A DNA stretch of 64,000 nt from Rickettsiales bacterium UBA1997 (GTDB lineage Bacteria; Pseudomonadota; Alphaproteobacteria; Rickettsiales; UBA1997), in the NCBI GenBank assembly GCA_964202895.1, contig CAXNJM010000001.1, positions 909,675 to 973,674 of the forward strand. The letters run 5' to 3'. The first letter of the stretch is position 1, and each line of letters begins with the position of its first letter. The notes under the pieces were generated by a model. It saw nothing but the letters and a program-made list of their open reading frames with translations. It searched no databases and was not told the DNA's origin. Made by a program: the position numbers and the translations under genes. This document shows, in pieces, positions 51,502 to 61,618 of this stretch.

Positions 51502-52842
51502 ATGTTTCTAGAAGAAGTTTCTAATACTGCCAATTACGAGCCTTTAAGTTCAAATGAAAATAATGTTATCAAGCAAGGCAAAGAAAAATCATATCTTGTT
51601 CTAGCAAGAAAATATCGCCCAAGTAATTTTGATGAACTTGTCGGGCAAGAAGTTTTAGTAAAAACTATTAGCAATGCAATCAAAAATAACCGCTTACATC
51701 ATGCCTTTATTCTTACCGGAATTAGAGGGGTTGGCAAAACCACTACCGCTAGAATTATTGCCAAAACAATTAATTGTTTAGATCAAGAAGCAGTTAAAAC
51801 TGCAAAATGTTGCGATAAATGCTCTAACTGTCTTACTATATCAGCGGGCAATCATCAAGATGTTTTCGAGATAGATGGAGCCAGCAACACCGGAATCGAT
51901 GATATCCGCGATATAATTGAAAGAATGGCTTATAGCCCAGTATCGGCAAAATACAAAGTGTATATAATTGATGAGTTTCATATGTTAAGTAAAAATGCCT
52001 TTAATGGCTTACTTAAAACTCTTGAGGAGCCACCTCCTTTTGTCAAATTTATTTTAGCAACAACGGAAATTAAAAAAGTTCCACCAACAATATCTTCTCG
52101 TTGCCAAAGGTTCAACTTAAGAAGGCTTAGTCAAGACGAAATAACTAATCATTTAAAAAATATTTTAACCAAAGAATTAATAGTTGCAGAAGAAAAGGCA
52201 TTACATATTATTGCTTTTGCTTCTGAGGGCTCAGTCAGAGACTCCCTTTCCCTACTTGATCAAGCATTGGCAATTAATAATCACCAACCGCTTTTGACAA
52301 CTGAAATCGTAGAACAAATGCTTGGCATTACAGATAGCGATATTATAAATAATTTATTAGTTGCATTATTAAATGGCGATTTTTCAACCTCTCTAAAAGC
52401 TTTTGAAGATTTTTATCATTATTCATCCGACATTAATCAATTAATTACTGATTTAATGTCTATGATTCATTTAGTTACAACAAAAAAATTAATTAAAAAT
52501 TATTCAATTGATAAGCATCCTTTAAATACTCAAAAAATAATTGTTGACATTGCTAATCAATCTCAATTATCAAGTCTTTGTAGAATGTGGCAAATGCTAA
52601 ATAAAGGGATGATTGAAGTTGCAGAGTCTAATTCACAAAAAATGTCTTTTGAAATGTTGATGGCAAGGATATCTCATCTAGTTGCTTTACCCAATCTTGA
52701 AAAATTGCTTCTTAATATTAATGATGAAAAAAATTATCGCCAAGATGGCCTTCAGAATCAAGATTCTTTAGCTAAAGAAGGTAAAATTGATGATGTCGTT
52801 TTTGAAGTGTTAAGAAACTTTGAGGGCTCAAAAATCATTTAA
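51502..52842 (+). CDS. dnaX: DNA polymerase III gamma/tau
   Basis: LARKYRP, GIRGVGKTT, zinc Cys cluster, IIDEFHML, LKTLEEPP, SRCQRF. Confidence 0.97.
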   Translation: MFLEEVSNTANYEPLSSNENNVIKQGKEKSYLVLARKYRPSNFDELVGQEVLVKTISNAIKNNRLHHAFILTGIRGVGKTTTARIIAKTINCLDQEAVKTAKCCDKCSNCLTISAGNHQDVFEIDGASNTGIDDIRDIIERMAYSPVSAKYKVYIIDEFHMLSKNAFNGLLKTLEEPPPFVKFILATTEIKKVPPTISSRCQRFNLRRLSQDEITNHLKNILTKELIVAEEKALHIIAFASEGSVRDSLSLLDQALAINNHQPLLTTEIVEQMLGITDSDIINNLLVALLNGDFSTSLKAFEDFYHYSSDINQLITDLMSMIHLVTTKKLIKNYSIDKHPLNTQKIIVDIANQSQLSSLCRMWQMLNKGMIEVAESNSQKMSFEMLMARISHLVALPNLEKLLLNINDEKNYRQDGLQNQDSLAKEGKIDDVVFEVLRNFEGSKII

Positions 52843-52877
52843 GTTTATAAATAAAAATTAACCAATTAAATAAAATT

Positions 52878-53927
52878 ATGTCAGAAAATATTACAATTCT
52901 TTGTGTAGAAGATGAAATAGAAATCAGAGAAAACATATCGGAAATATTGAGATATGAAGGGTTCACAGTGTTTGAAGCAGAAAATGGTGCGGTTGGTTTC
53001 AAAATGTTTCTTGAAAAGAAGCCAGATCTAATAATATCAGATATAATGATGCCTGAAGTTGATGGCTATGGGTTGCTATCAATGGTTCGCAAAAGCAATA
53101 ATCGCAATAATAATGTTCCTTTTATTTTTCTTACTGCTCGTGGCACAAAAGACGATATGCTTAAAGGAATATCAATGTCCGCAAATGATTATCTAACTAA
53201 GCCAGTAGATTTTGACTTATTAATTGCTAAAGTTAGAGAAAAGGCTATCAATTCTCTTAAGATTCAAAAAAATCAGGCTCAAGATATAAACAATATCAAG
53301 AATCAAATCACTATAATTATGCCATCACAAACCATGCAAAACCTAGATGAGATGATTAATATAATTCATAATCTAAGAAACGAGCCTTACGGGCCATTGC
53401 CTCATCGTCACTATCTGGAAGATATTAATCGCTTATATTTGGGTTTTAATAAACTAAAGATATCAATACTAAATTCTTTTGATTCTGAAATCATTGACAA
53501 TAGACTTAATGTTGAAGATGAAATTTTCCTAATTGATGATTTCTTTAGAAATTTTATTACTAAATTGCCAGTTAATCAGCAAGAAAAAATAAAAATTAAC
53601 AAGGAATATATAGATGCAAATTTGCCAATGGTTAAGCTCAACAAAGTAGGTTTTTCAAATGGTTTATCGATTATTTTTAATCTTTTATTTGAAAAATTTA
53701 ATGGTTGCGATATAGAAATTGCCTTCATGATAGATCATTTTGATAAAATGGCGATTATTTTGTATTTGAAAAATCTTGCTGAAGATTGCAATATAGAAAA
53801 TGAGTTTAGTAGTAAGAATATAGAATCAATTTTTGAAGAATATCACTGTTCTTTAAAGTTTGGCAATCAGCACAGCAAAAGTATAGTGTTGTTTGTGCCA
53901 GACTACAGGCTAATTGAGAAAAATTAG
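52878..53927 (+). CDS. Response regulator receiver fused to a degenerate HisKA/HATPase-like region
   Basis: REC intact (EDE, SDIMMP, FLTA, TKP); C-terminal EPYGPL...Y..DI segment without an H-box His. Confidence 0.8.
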   Translation: MSENITILCVEDEIEIRENISEILRYEGFTVFEAENGAVGFKMFLEKKPDLIISDIMMPEVDGYGLLSMVRKSNNRNNNVPFIFLTARGTKDDMLKGISMSANDYLTKPVDFDLLIAKVREKAINSLKIQKNQAQDINNIKNQITIIMPSQTMQNLDEMINIIHNLRNEPYGPLPHRHYLEDINRLYLGFNKLKISILNSFDSEIIDNRLNVEDEIFLIDDFFRNFITKLPVNQQEKIKINKEYIDANLPMVKLNKVGFSNGLSIIFNLLFEKFNGCDIEIAFMIDHFDKMAIILYLKNLAEDCNIENEFSSKNIESIFEEYHCSLKFGNQHSKSIVLFVPDYRLIEKN

Positions 53928-53978
53928 AATATTATAAAGATTTACTTTTCTACTTAAAACTTAAAAATCATTGAATAA

Positions 53979-56900
53979 TTGCCTACAAATAAAAGAAATA
54001 AAAAATTTAAGATATTTAAAAAATTTTCAAAAAAATCACTAGAAGAAGATTTTTATCAATTTATTGATGAGCCAAAAAAGATTATCAAAAGCTCTGTAAA
54101 CTGGATATCTAAAAGCATATTTATTTTTTTGGTATTTTCAATTATCATAATGGGATATTTGATAGCTTTGGTTTCTTCGGAGCCAAAAAATTTTAAATTT
54201 GTTGACGAATTATTCCGTAAAAAAATTATCGAACAAACCTCTGGAAATCAACTTCCTTTCGATATTAATTTTAATAAAAGCTATGTTAGCTTTACTCGCT
54301 ATGGAATGATAAAAATTACGATTGATAAATTTGCGATAAAAAATAGCCAGATTCCAGCAATTGCCAATCTTAAATATGACAAGATTAAATCGGTAGAAAT
54401 TCCAAAATTAGATTTGCAGTTTTCTATTTTACAATTATTGACGAAAAACTTTATTCCTCATTCGGTAAAAATTGCCGATTCTAAGATTAATATTTTAAAT
54501 CAAATCAAGGAAAGTGCTGTAAATCAACAAGATAGCAATATTTCACAAAACTATTATAAATTGGCTATAGATCAGTTAAAAAGTTTAGTTACAGCAGGAA
54601 TGCCATTACAAAAGCTACGATTAGAAAATATTGATATCATTATCGAAGATTCATTATTTAGCCCTAATTATGAAATTTCTGCCCAGCCAATTTTATCAAT
54701 TAAACATTTTGAACTAAGAACAAAATTTGCAAACAAAATATTTAATTTTGATGGGTCTGGGCTTGTGACATCTAATCATGATAATTTTATTGCGAAAGAG
54801 CTTAATTTTGATTGGAAATGTAATTTTATTGATTTAAAAAGTTTAAAATGTGAAATAAGTTCATCAAATATTGATATTTCTAAGATTGTCAAGAATTTAA
54901 TTAATAAATATCCCGTTGTTAATAATATTAAAGATTTAGCAGGTTTTTTTAGCCTTAAGGCTTTATTTACAATTGATGACAGCAAATTATCTGATATAAT
55001 TATAAGAGCTAATTCCTTTTCAAGCAAAATTAATTTTGATAATTTTTTTGAGAATCCTCTGAGTTTACACAACTTAAATGTTGAAGCAAAATATGGCTAC
55101 GAAAATAAGGTTTTTGAAATTAATAATTTTAGTGCCGATATAGTTGATCCAAAATTGCAAGCAGAATATTTAGATCTAGAAAGGTTGCAAAATAAAGATC
55201 CGCAAGAATTAATAAAAATAAATAATATTGACAATAAAGTTAATAAAAATCTTCAAGATCAAAATTTTGAACTCATTAAATTTAGAAAAGCTGGCTCAAA
55301 TCAACAGGATCTCATCAGTCGTTTTGCTCATATTAATGTTAAAACATCAATGAAAGACTATAATAATTTAAAGACTCTTGATTTATCAATAATTCTAAAA
55401 AATTGCAGTAGAAATTATCTTGAATATTTATGGCCAATTGGTCTTGGTGTCAATAATTTAGATATTAGAAATTGGGTTTCTCAACATATTGATAAATTAA
55501 AGATGCCAGATGCCAATTTGTTAATGAGTTTTAGCATAAAAAATGGGGAGCCAAAGCTAGATAATCTTGATGCTAGCTTTAATTTTGAAAATCTAGATCT
55601 AAAATATCATGATAAATTTCCTAAAGTCGTTAATGCAATTGGTAAGGCTCATTTTACAAAAAAATCTATGGATATTACGGTCAATAGTGCTGAAATTGCT
55701 GGTAGCAAGGCAAGTAATGTGGTGGTTGCAATTAAAGATTTTTGTGCTAATAATTTATTACTGGATATAGATGGATATAGCGAAGGAAAGGCTGTTGATT
55801 TGCTAGATTACATTCCTCAAAGCGAAGAATCTCGCAAGAATATTGCCAAATATTTAGTAGGAGAAGCTAAAACAAAAGTGAGTCTTGGAATTCCAATAGA
55901 TGAAAATACTGGTTTTCTAGGCACTAATTTAAATATTTCTTCGATAGTTACTAATTTAAAAAATCAATATCTAAATAATCAAGTCGCTGTTAATGTCACT
56001 AAAAAAATTGGTGAAAAGATTATTTTTGTTAAAAGTGATTTAGGTCAAGCAAAAATTAACTTACCAATTTTCGGTATTGATAAATCTTTAAATGAAAATG
56101 CTGGGCTTGTTTTTGCGATTGATTTAAATAATTCTTCCAATATCAAGATAGAAAAATTTGAGTTCTGGAAATCTCTAAAAAAAATCAATAATAATCTGAA
56201 TATCGATAATTTGGAGCCCTCAATTGTAGAAAATCAGCTTTATGCAGAAGGTGCAAAAAACAAAATTACTAGCAACATTGCATTAAAAAAAGAGCGACCT
56301 AATGCTTCAGAAAGCCCCTCTTTTATAATTACATCTCTCAATTTAAAAAATAAAAATTTTGGTAAAAATAATTTTGATTTATCTTATCAAAATGAATCAA
56401 AAAATAATGTTCAAAAAGTTATTCTTAGTGGTCAGGTTGTTGATTTAAGCGAATTTCTAAATTATCGTCAAAATAAAAGTGGTAATTGGCAGAATTTTAT
56501 TATAAAAACTAATCTTAAAAAATTAATTTTAAATAATCAAAAAACTCTCGATAAGGTTGATATATCGCTTAATTGCTCTAATTATTTTTGTGAAGAGGGT
56601 AAAATAGAGGCAAATATTGCTGATGAAAAAAATATGCTCGATAAAGCGATTGACATTAAAATACTCAAGCAGGATTCTGAAAATATTGTCATTAAAGGCA
56701 AAATAAATAATTTAGGTTATCTTGCAGAGGCTTTAAATATTTCTGATAAAATTGGCGATGGTTCTATAGTAATTGATATTACAGGCAACAGTCAAGGTTT
56801 GAATCCTAATTTTAAAGGAAGTATTAATCTCGATAAATCAATTACTTTTTATGAAAGTAAGCAAATTAAGGATTTAGCAAAAGATAGTCTATTTTCAAAA

Positions 56901-57299
56901 ATCAAAGATAAAATATTCGCAAATAACAAAGTGATTTTTAACTTTGCTAAAGCCGAGTTTGCGATTGATAATAAAGTCCTTAAGATTAAATCTTTGGTCG
57001 CTAATAATTATAAGATTGGCATCACCGCTAAAGGTTTTTATAATTTAAAAGATAATTCATTTGAGTTCAAGGGAATGATTATTCCTGCATTTATTATTAA
57101 TAATTTATTTGGAGTTGATAAAATTCCAGTAATTGGTAATTTAATAGGTGGTATTCTTACTGGCGGTGAGGGCGGAGGGCTTTTTGGCATTAAATATGAA
57201 TATGTAAAAAATTCTAATCAAAATGATCCAATATTCACAACTTATAAAGTTTTAGCTTTTATACCAACAACAATCAATACTCTATTTGAGAAAATATAA
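53979..57299 (+). CDS. YhdP/AsmA-like (DUF3971 + AsmA_2) protein
   Basis: N-terminal TM, 1106 aa beta-rich body, C-terminal NNLFGVDKIPVIG...GEGGGLFGIKY. Confidence 0.85.
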   Translation: MPTNKRNKKFKIFKKFSKKSLEEDFYQFIDEPKKIIKSSVNWISKSIFIFLVFSIIIMGYLIALVSSEPKNFKFVDELFRKKIIEQTSGNQLPFDINFNKSYVSFTRYGMIKITIDKFAIKNSQIPAIANLKYDKIKSVEIPKLDLQFSILQLLTKNFIPHSVKIADSKINILNQIKESAVNQQDSNISQNYYKLAIDQLKSLVTAGMPLQKLRLENIDIIIEDSLFSPNYEISAQPILSIKHFELRTKFANKIFNFDGSGLVTSNHDNFIAKELNFDWKCNFIDLKSLKCEISSSNIDISKIVKNLINKYPVVNNIKDLAGFFSLKALFTIDDSKLSDIIIRANSFSSKINFDNFFENPLSLHNLNVEAKYGYENKVFEINNFSADIVDPKLQAEYLDLERLQNKDPQELIKINNIDNKVNKNLQDQNFELIKFRKAGSNQQDLISRFAHINVKTSMKDYNNLKTLDLSIILKNCSRNYLEYLWPIGLGVNNLDIRNWVSQHIDKLKMPDANLLMSFSIKNGEPKLDNLDASFNFENLDLKYHDKFPKVVNAIGKAHFTKKSMDITVNSAEIAGSKASNVVVAIKDFCANNLLLDIDGYSEGKAVDLLDYIPQSEESRKNIAKYLVGEAKTKVSLGIPIDENTGFLGTNLNISSIVTNLKNQYLNNQVAVNVTKKIGEKIIFVKSDLGQAKINLPIFGIDKSLNENAGLVFAIDLNNSSNIKIEKFEFWKSLKKINNNLNIDNLEPSIVENQLYAEGAKNKITSNIALKKERPNASESPSFIITSLNLKNKNFGKNNFDLSYQNESKNNVQKVILSGQVVDLSEFLNYRQNKSGNWQNFIIKTNLKKLILNNQKTLDKVDISLNCSNYFCEEGKIEANIADEKNMLDKAIDIKILKQDSENIVIKGKINNLGYLAEALNISDKIGDGSIVIDITGNSQGLNPNFKGSINLDKSITFYESKQIKDLAKDSLFSKIKDKIFANNKVIFNFAKAEFAIDNKVLKIKSLVANNYKIGITAKGFYNLKDNSFEFKGMIIPAFIINNLFGVDKIPVIGNLIGGILTGGEGGGLFGIKYEYVKNSNQNDPIFTTYKVLAFIPTTINTLFEKI

Positions 57300-57411
57300 A
57301 GTTAAAATATTTACTTGATAAGTTTTTTTATTATTTTAAGATGTTTTTCGTTATACAATAATAAATTACTTGTATAGATACAATGTTTTAAATATTAACA
57401 AATCAAAAAAT

Positions 57412-58053
57412 ATGAAAACAAACTTAATAAAAAAAGTAACTTGCGCCCTAATCATTGCTTCAGCTACTTTAACTTTTTCTTGCAGTAAAAAAGAAAAGCC
57501 TCAAAACAAGTCCGAAGTTCAAGATCTTCCTAATTGGGTTCTTGATCCAAATGTTGCAGATGGCGTTGCTGGAGTTGGTATTGCTGCTCCCTCAAAAGGC
57601 GGTCTTAAGTTTCAAATTCCTAATGCAGAGCTTAATGCAAAAGCTAGCATTGCATCAATAATTCAATCTGAAATTAGCAGAATTACTAAAAATTCTTTAA
57701 AATCAGCTAATGTTAATCAAGAAGATGATGTTGAAGAGTTTTTCGCTCAAGCAACCAAAGAGGTGGTAAAAAATCTACCTATGTCTGGCGCTAAAAGAAT
57801 AAACATTTATATCGCTAAAGACGGAACCTTATATGTTCATATGGTCTTAAAAAATGAAGATTACACTAAATTCCTAAAAAATAGTGAGAAAAATCTTGAA
57901 GCTCGTCTTAAAAAATCTGGATTAAGTCGCGATAATATCAATAAAAGCGAACAAGCATCAAAAGCATTATTCGATGAATTAGACAAAGAAAGAGATTCAA
58001 AAGCTAAAAAAGCTGAATCTACTGAAAAAGAAGAGAATAAATCGAAAGAATAA
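57412..58053 (+). CDS. LPP20 family lipoprotein
   Basis: Lipobox TFSC; LPNWV, GVGIA, A...AKASIA, GTLYV. Confidence 0.75.
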   Translation: MKTNLIKKVTCALIIASATLTFSCSKKEKPQNKSEVQDLPNWVLDPNVADGVAGVGIAAPSKGGLKFQIPNAELNAKASIASIIQSEISRITKNSLKSANVNQEDDVEEFFAQATKEVVKNLPMSGAKRINIYIAKDGTLYVHMVLKNEDYTKFLKNSEKNLEARLKKSGLSRDNINKSEQASKALFDELDKERDSKAKKAESTEKEENKSKE

Positions 58054-58072
58054 TATTCTTAATCTGCATTAT

Positions 58073-58105
58073 ACACTGCTTTAGATTCGTAATTTAAAGC
58101 AGTGT
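58073..58105 (+). terminator. Intra-operonic 11-bp hairpin
   Basis: ACACTGCTTTA/TAAAGCAGTGT followed by a T-rich tract. Confidence 0.6.
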
Positions 58106-58132
58106 GTTTATTTTAATCAATTTTTCTAAAAT

Positions 58133-58315
58133 ATGAAAATTGCTACAAAAGCCATTCTATTATTTGTTTCGTTATTTGCAATTTCTGCTTGTGCTGATCG
58201 TTATGCTGTTAAAGAAATAAAAAAAACCACTAAGGCCAACTCTGCATCCTCTAGAATCAATAGCTCTGAAGATAATTCAGAAAAAAATTTTAAAACTCTA
58301 AACGAAGAGTTGTAG
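58133..58315 (+). CDS. Small lipoprotein of unknown function
   Basis: MK + hydrophobic stretch + ISAC lipobox, 60 aa. Confidence 0.7.
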   Translation: MKIATKAILLFVSLFAISACADRYAVKEIKKTTKANSASSRINSSEDNSEKNFKTLNEEL

Positions 58316-58319
58316 TTTT

Positions 58320-59372
58320 ATGATTGCAATAATTGATAGTTTTAGAATATTATCAACCTTATTATCTAGCATTAACAGAATTATAATTCTCGCGATAATA
58401 ATAATTCCGGGAAGTTGTTCTATTGTTCATTCTGCTATAAATGATAAAGAAAAATTGCCAAAATGGTATTTATCCCCTAAAAACAATAACGGTAAATATC
58501 TTTTTGGAGTAGCTGAAGGTTCGAATCTTGAAGAGGCCACAAAACTAGCCTTAATTGATTTTTCATCAAAATTGCTAGTTAAAATTTCTAGTGAATCGCA
58601 AATGATAGCCGAAGAAAATCGTTACTCAATTAACGAAGAAACCCGTCGTAATATACAGCAAATTGTTGAAAAAGTTGAATTAAGTAATTTTAGAGTTAGT
58701 AACAGTGAGCAAATCAAAAATCGTCTTTTTGTTGAAATAGAAGTTGAAAGAATGCCTTTTATTCAACAACAACAACAATCGATAGATTTTTTACAACAGC
58801 AAATTAACGACTTACAGGTCTCAATTAAAAAACCTGAAAATATCAATAATCCTATCAAAAAAAGATTCAATCTGCAAAAAATTCTTGAATTATCAAAAAG
58901 AATTGAAATATTGGCAAGATTCATTAATGGCGCGGGAGGAAAAGTAGATATCACGGCAAAATTATCTCAAATTTCATCTTTTAAGAAGCAATTTGAAGAA
59001 GTAAACGATAATAATGAATTTTTCATCACTTATGATAAAAGCCAGAACTACATTCCTGCGATTGCTAAGTTGATTACTAAAGCATTGAATGCTGAAAAAA
59101 TAAATGTTGCAACCAAAATCAATAAATCTTCTCATCAAATTATTGTTAAAATTACTAGTGACTATGAAAAAAATCTAATTTATAAAAATTATTTAGTAAA
59201 AATGAAGGTGAACTTTTCTAATTATCTTCAGGATACAATTATTGCAAGCAATGATTTTGAAGTTACTGGCGCCTCAGTTGTTGATGAAAAGCAAGCTCTT
59301 AATTCTGCAATTGCAAATCTTGAAGAAAGAATAAATAAAGAAGGAATTCTTAAAATTTTAGGAATATATTAA
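58320..59372 (+). CDS. LPP20-domain exported protein
   Basis: Hydrophobic N-terminus ending PGSC; LPKWY...YLFGVAEG..LEEATKLAL LPP20-like segment. Confidence 0.65.
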   Translation: MIAIIDSFRILSTLLSSINRIIILAIIIIPGSCSIVHSAINDKEKLPKWYLSPKNNNGKYLFGVAEGSNLEEATKLALIDFSSKLLVKISSESQMIAEENRYSINEETRRNIQQIVEKVELSNFRVSNSEQIKNRLFVEIEVERMPFIQQQQQSIDFLQQQINDLQVSIKKPENINNPIKKRFNLQKILELSKRIEILARFINGAGGKVDITAKLSQISSFKKQFEEVNDNNEFFITYDKSQNYIPAIAKLITKALNAEKINVATKINKSSHQIIVKITSDYEKNLIYKNYLVKMKVNFSNYLQDTIIASNDFEVTGASVVDEKQALNSAIANLEERINKEGILKILGIY

Positions 59373-59391
59373 AATCAATTAAACTTTAATA

Positions 59392-60450
59392 ATGATTAAA
59401 AAAATAACTACTTACTTTTTTATTTTTGGAATGCTATTTTCCTGCGCTCCCAAAATTAAAGATTTTAACAAATACCAAAAGCAATTTTTTCCTAAAACTA
59501 GTTTTATGCCAAGTCAAGAAGACCTCAATGGCAAGTTGCCAAAAGTGGTGGTTTTTTCTCTTGATGAAAATGCTAATCAAACCGCATCAAAAGCAGGTTT
59601 AGGAGTTTCAATTGCCAATAATATTGAAAATGTTTTATCGAAAAACAAATTAGCTCAAATAGTCGATAGAAATGCTGCCGATAAGCTTCAACAAGAAATC
59701 GCATTGGCTGAAATCAATAAATCTAGCTCTTACAAGGGGCCACAAATCGCTGAATATGCAATTTCTGGAGCAATTGGTAATGCTAGTTTTAATAGCAAAT
59801 ATTCCTCTGGTGGCACTTTCTTAAATCCAAAAACTGGAACAGTAGTTACAGTTCCGCCAAAATATAAATATAATTCTTTAGCGGTAGGCAATATAAAAAT
59901 TTATGAATTGCCGTCACTTAATGTCTTGCAAGCAATTGAATTTAATGGTAGAGCTGGAAGAACGGAAGATGCAAGAAATAACGGCGGGATTAATTTCGGA
60001 GGAATTTCAATTGGTGGAGAACAAGTTGCAGGAGCTGATAGAGATGATGGGCTTGTTAGAAAAGCCGGAGAAGATGCTATTGACAATATCAGGGCTGAAA
60101 TACAAAATATTTTCTCAAAACAGGGCTATATTATGGAAAAGAGAAGCTTTAAAAAGAAATCCATTTTTAAAATCAATCTTGGAGCTAGTGATGGCATAGT
60201 TCAAGGTGATAAATTTGAGATAATAGGTCAGTTTGAGAATCAAAATTCAATCAATAATCAAGTTGAGGTAGAAAAAAGAATTATTGCCACTGGAAAAATT
60301 TCTGATATTATTGACCCAAAAAATGCTTGGATTATTATTGACGATAGTGAGAATATCGATAAAATAAGGCTTGGTGATACAGTGAAAATAAAGTATAAAA
60401 GAAGTAAAATGGATAAATTTGCAAAAGTTGCTTTATCGGTAATAGAATAA
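59392..60450 (+). CDS. CsgG-like lipoprotein with FlgT-C-like tail
   Basis: Lipobox LFSC; IVDRN...LQQEIALAE; AEYAISGAI; INLGASDGIVQGDKFEI. Confidence 0.6.
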   Translation: MIKKITTYFFIFGMLFSCAPKIKDFNKYQKQFFPKTSFMPSQEDLNGKLPKVVVFSLDENANQTASKAGLGVSIANNIENVLSKNKLAQIVDRNAADKLQQEIALAEINKSSSYKGPQIAEYAISGAIGNASFNSKYSSGGTFLNPKTGTVVTVPPKYKYNSLAVGNIKIYELPSLNVLQAIEFNGRAGRTEDARNNGGINFGGISIGGEQVAGADRDDGLVRKAGEDAIDNIRAEIQNIFSKQGYIMEKRSFKKKSIFKINLGASDGIVQGDKFEIIGQFENQNSINNQVEVEKRIIATGKISDIIDPKNAWIIIDDSENIDKIRLGDTVKIKYKRSKMDKFAKVALSVIE

Positions 60451-60482
60451 AACTTTAAATCTCTACTAGGTCAATAATTGTA

Positions 60483-61379
60483 ATGGTTAATTTTATTAAC
60501 AATATCTTTGAAGTTAGTTCGCAATATACTCATTATATTTTTGATTTATGGGGTGTTATTCACGATGGATCTAATCTTTATCCTAATGTTAAGGAAAATC
60601 TAAAAAAATTAAGAAGTAAAAATAAAGCAATTTGCTTTCTCTCAAATGCTCCTAGAAGAGCCTTTGTGGCTGAAGAAGTTTTAATTGGCCTAGGAATAGA
60701 AAAAGATTGTTACGATTTCGTTATTACCTCTGGCGAGTCTTTATTTATTGATATGGCTATAAATCAGTCTAATAATTATAAAGAATTCGGTAAAAATTTT
60801 TCTTATTTTGGTCCCGATAAAGATAAAAACCTTCTTGATGGCCTTAATTACAAGATTGTCGATACAAAGGAAGCCAACTTTGGTATTATTACTGGCTTTA
60901 AAAATGATTCATCGACAATTGAAATGGAGATCCCTGATTTAGAGTTGGCTCTAAAACACAATATTACCATGATATGTGCTAATCCTGATTTCAAAGTTGT
61001 AAAACAAAATGGCTCAGAATATCTTTGTGCTGGTATTTTGGCAAAAAAATATGAAGAATTGGGCGGAAAAGTAATATATTACGGTAAGCCATTTTCTGGT
61101 GTTTACCAATTGGTTATAGAGAAATTTAAGGAATTGAATAATATGTCCACGATAAACCCAAAAAATATTTTAGCAATTGGCGATGCCTTTGAAACCGATA
61201 TCAAGGGAGCTAGTTCTGCGAATATTGATTGCGCGATTATTTCTGGAGGTATATATTCTGATAAATTACAAGAAACCCCAATTAACGATAAAGTGGTAAT
61301 TTTAAAAGCAACAGATGATCTATTAAATCAACACCACATTAACAATTCAACGCTTCTTTTCATTGCTGAGTCAGTTTAG
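60483..61379 (+). CDS. HAD-IIA hydrolase (TIGR01459-like)
   Basis: FDLWGVIHDG, SNAPRR, CANPD, YGKP, IGDAFETDIKGA. Confidence 0.92.
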   Translation: MVNFINNIFEVSSQYTHYIFDLWGVIHDGSNLYPNVKENLKKLRSKNKAICFLSNAPRRAFVAEEVLIGLGIEKDCYDFVITSGESLFIDMAINQSNNYKEFGKNFSYFGPDKDKNLLDGLNYKIVDTKEANFGIITGFKNDSSTIEMEIPDLELALKHNITMICANPDFKVVKQNGSEYLCAGILAKKYEELGGKVIYYGKPFSGVYQLVIEKFKELNNMSTINPKNILAIGDAFETDIKGASSANIDCAIISGGIYSDKLQETPINDKVVILKATDDLLNQHHINNSTLLFIAESV

Positions 61380-61618
61380 ATAAGCAAATAATACTTCTGC
61401 TTAATTTATTCAAGAGCTTATTTTTGGTAAACTATAATATTATATTGTCTTAATTTGAAGCAATTTATCAATTTTTATTGCAAGATTTTTTTCAAAAAAT
61501 CTATGATTATAAGTCAATTAAAATTTTAATTCATAAAGATAAATATTAATTTTTACTTAATTTAATTTTTTATTTGTTGTGAAAAACACTATCATTAAAA
61601 AAGCAATTCAATAAAAAA

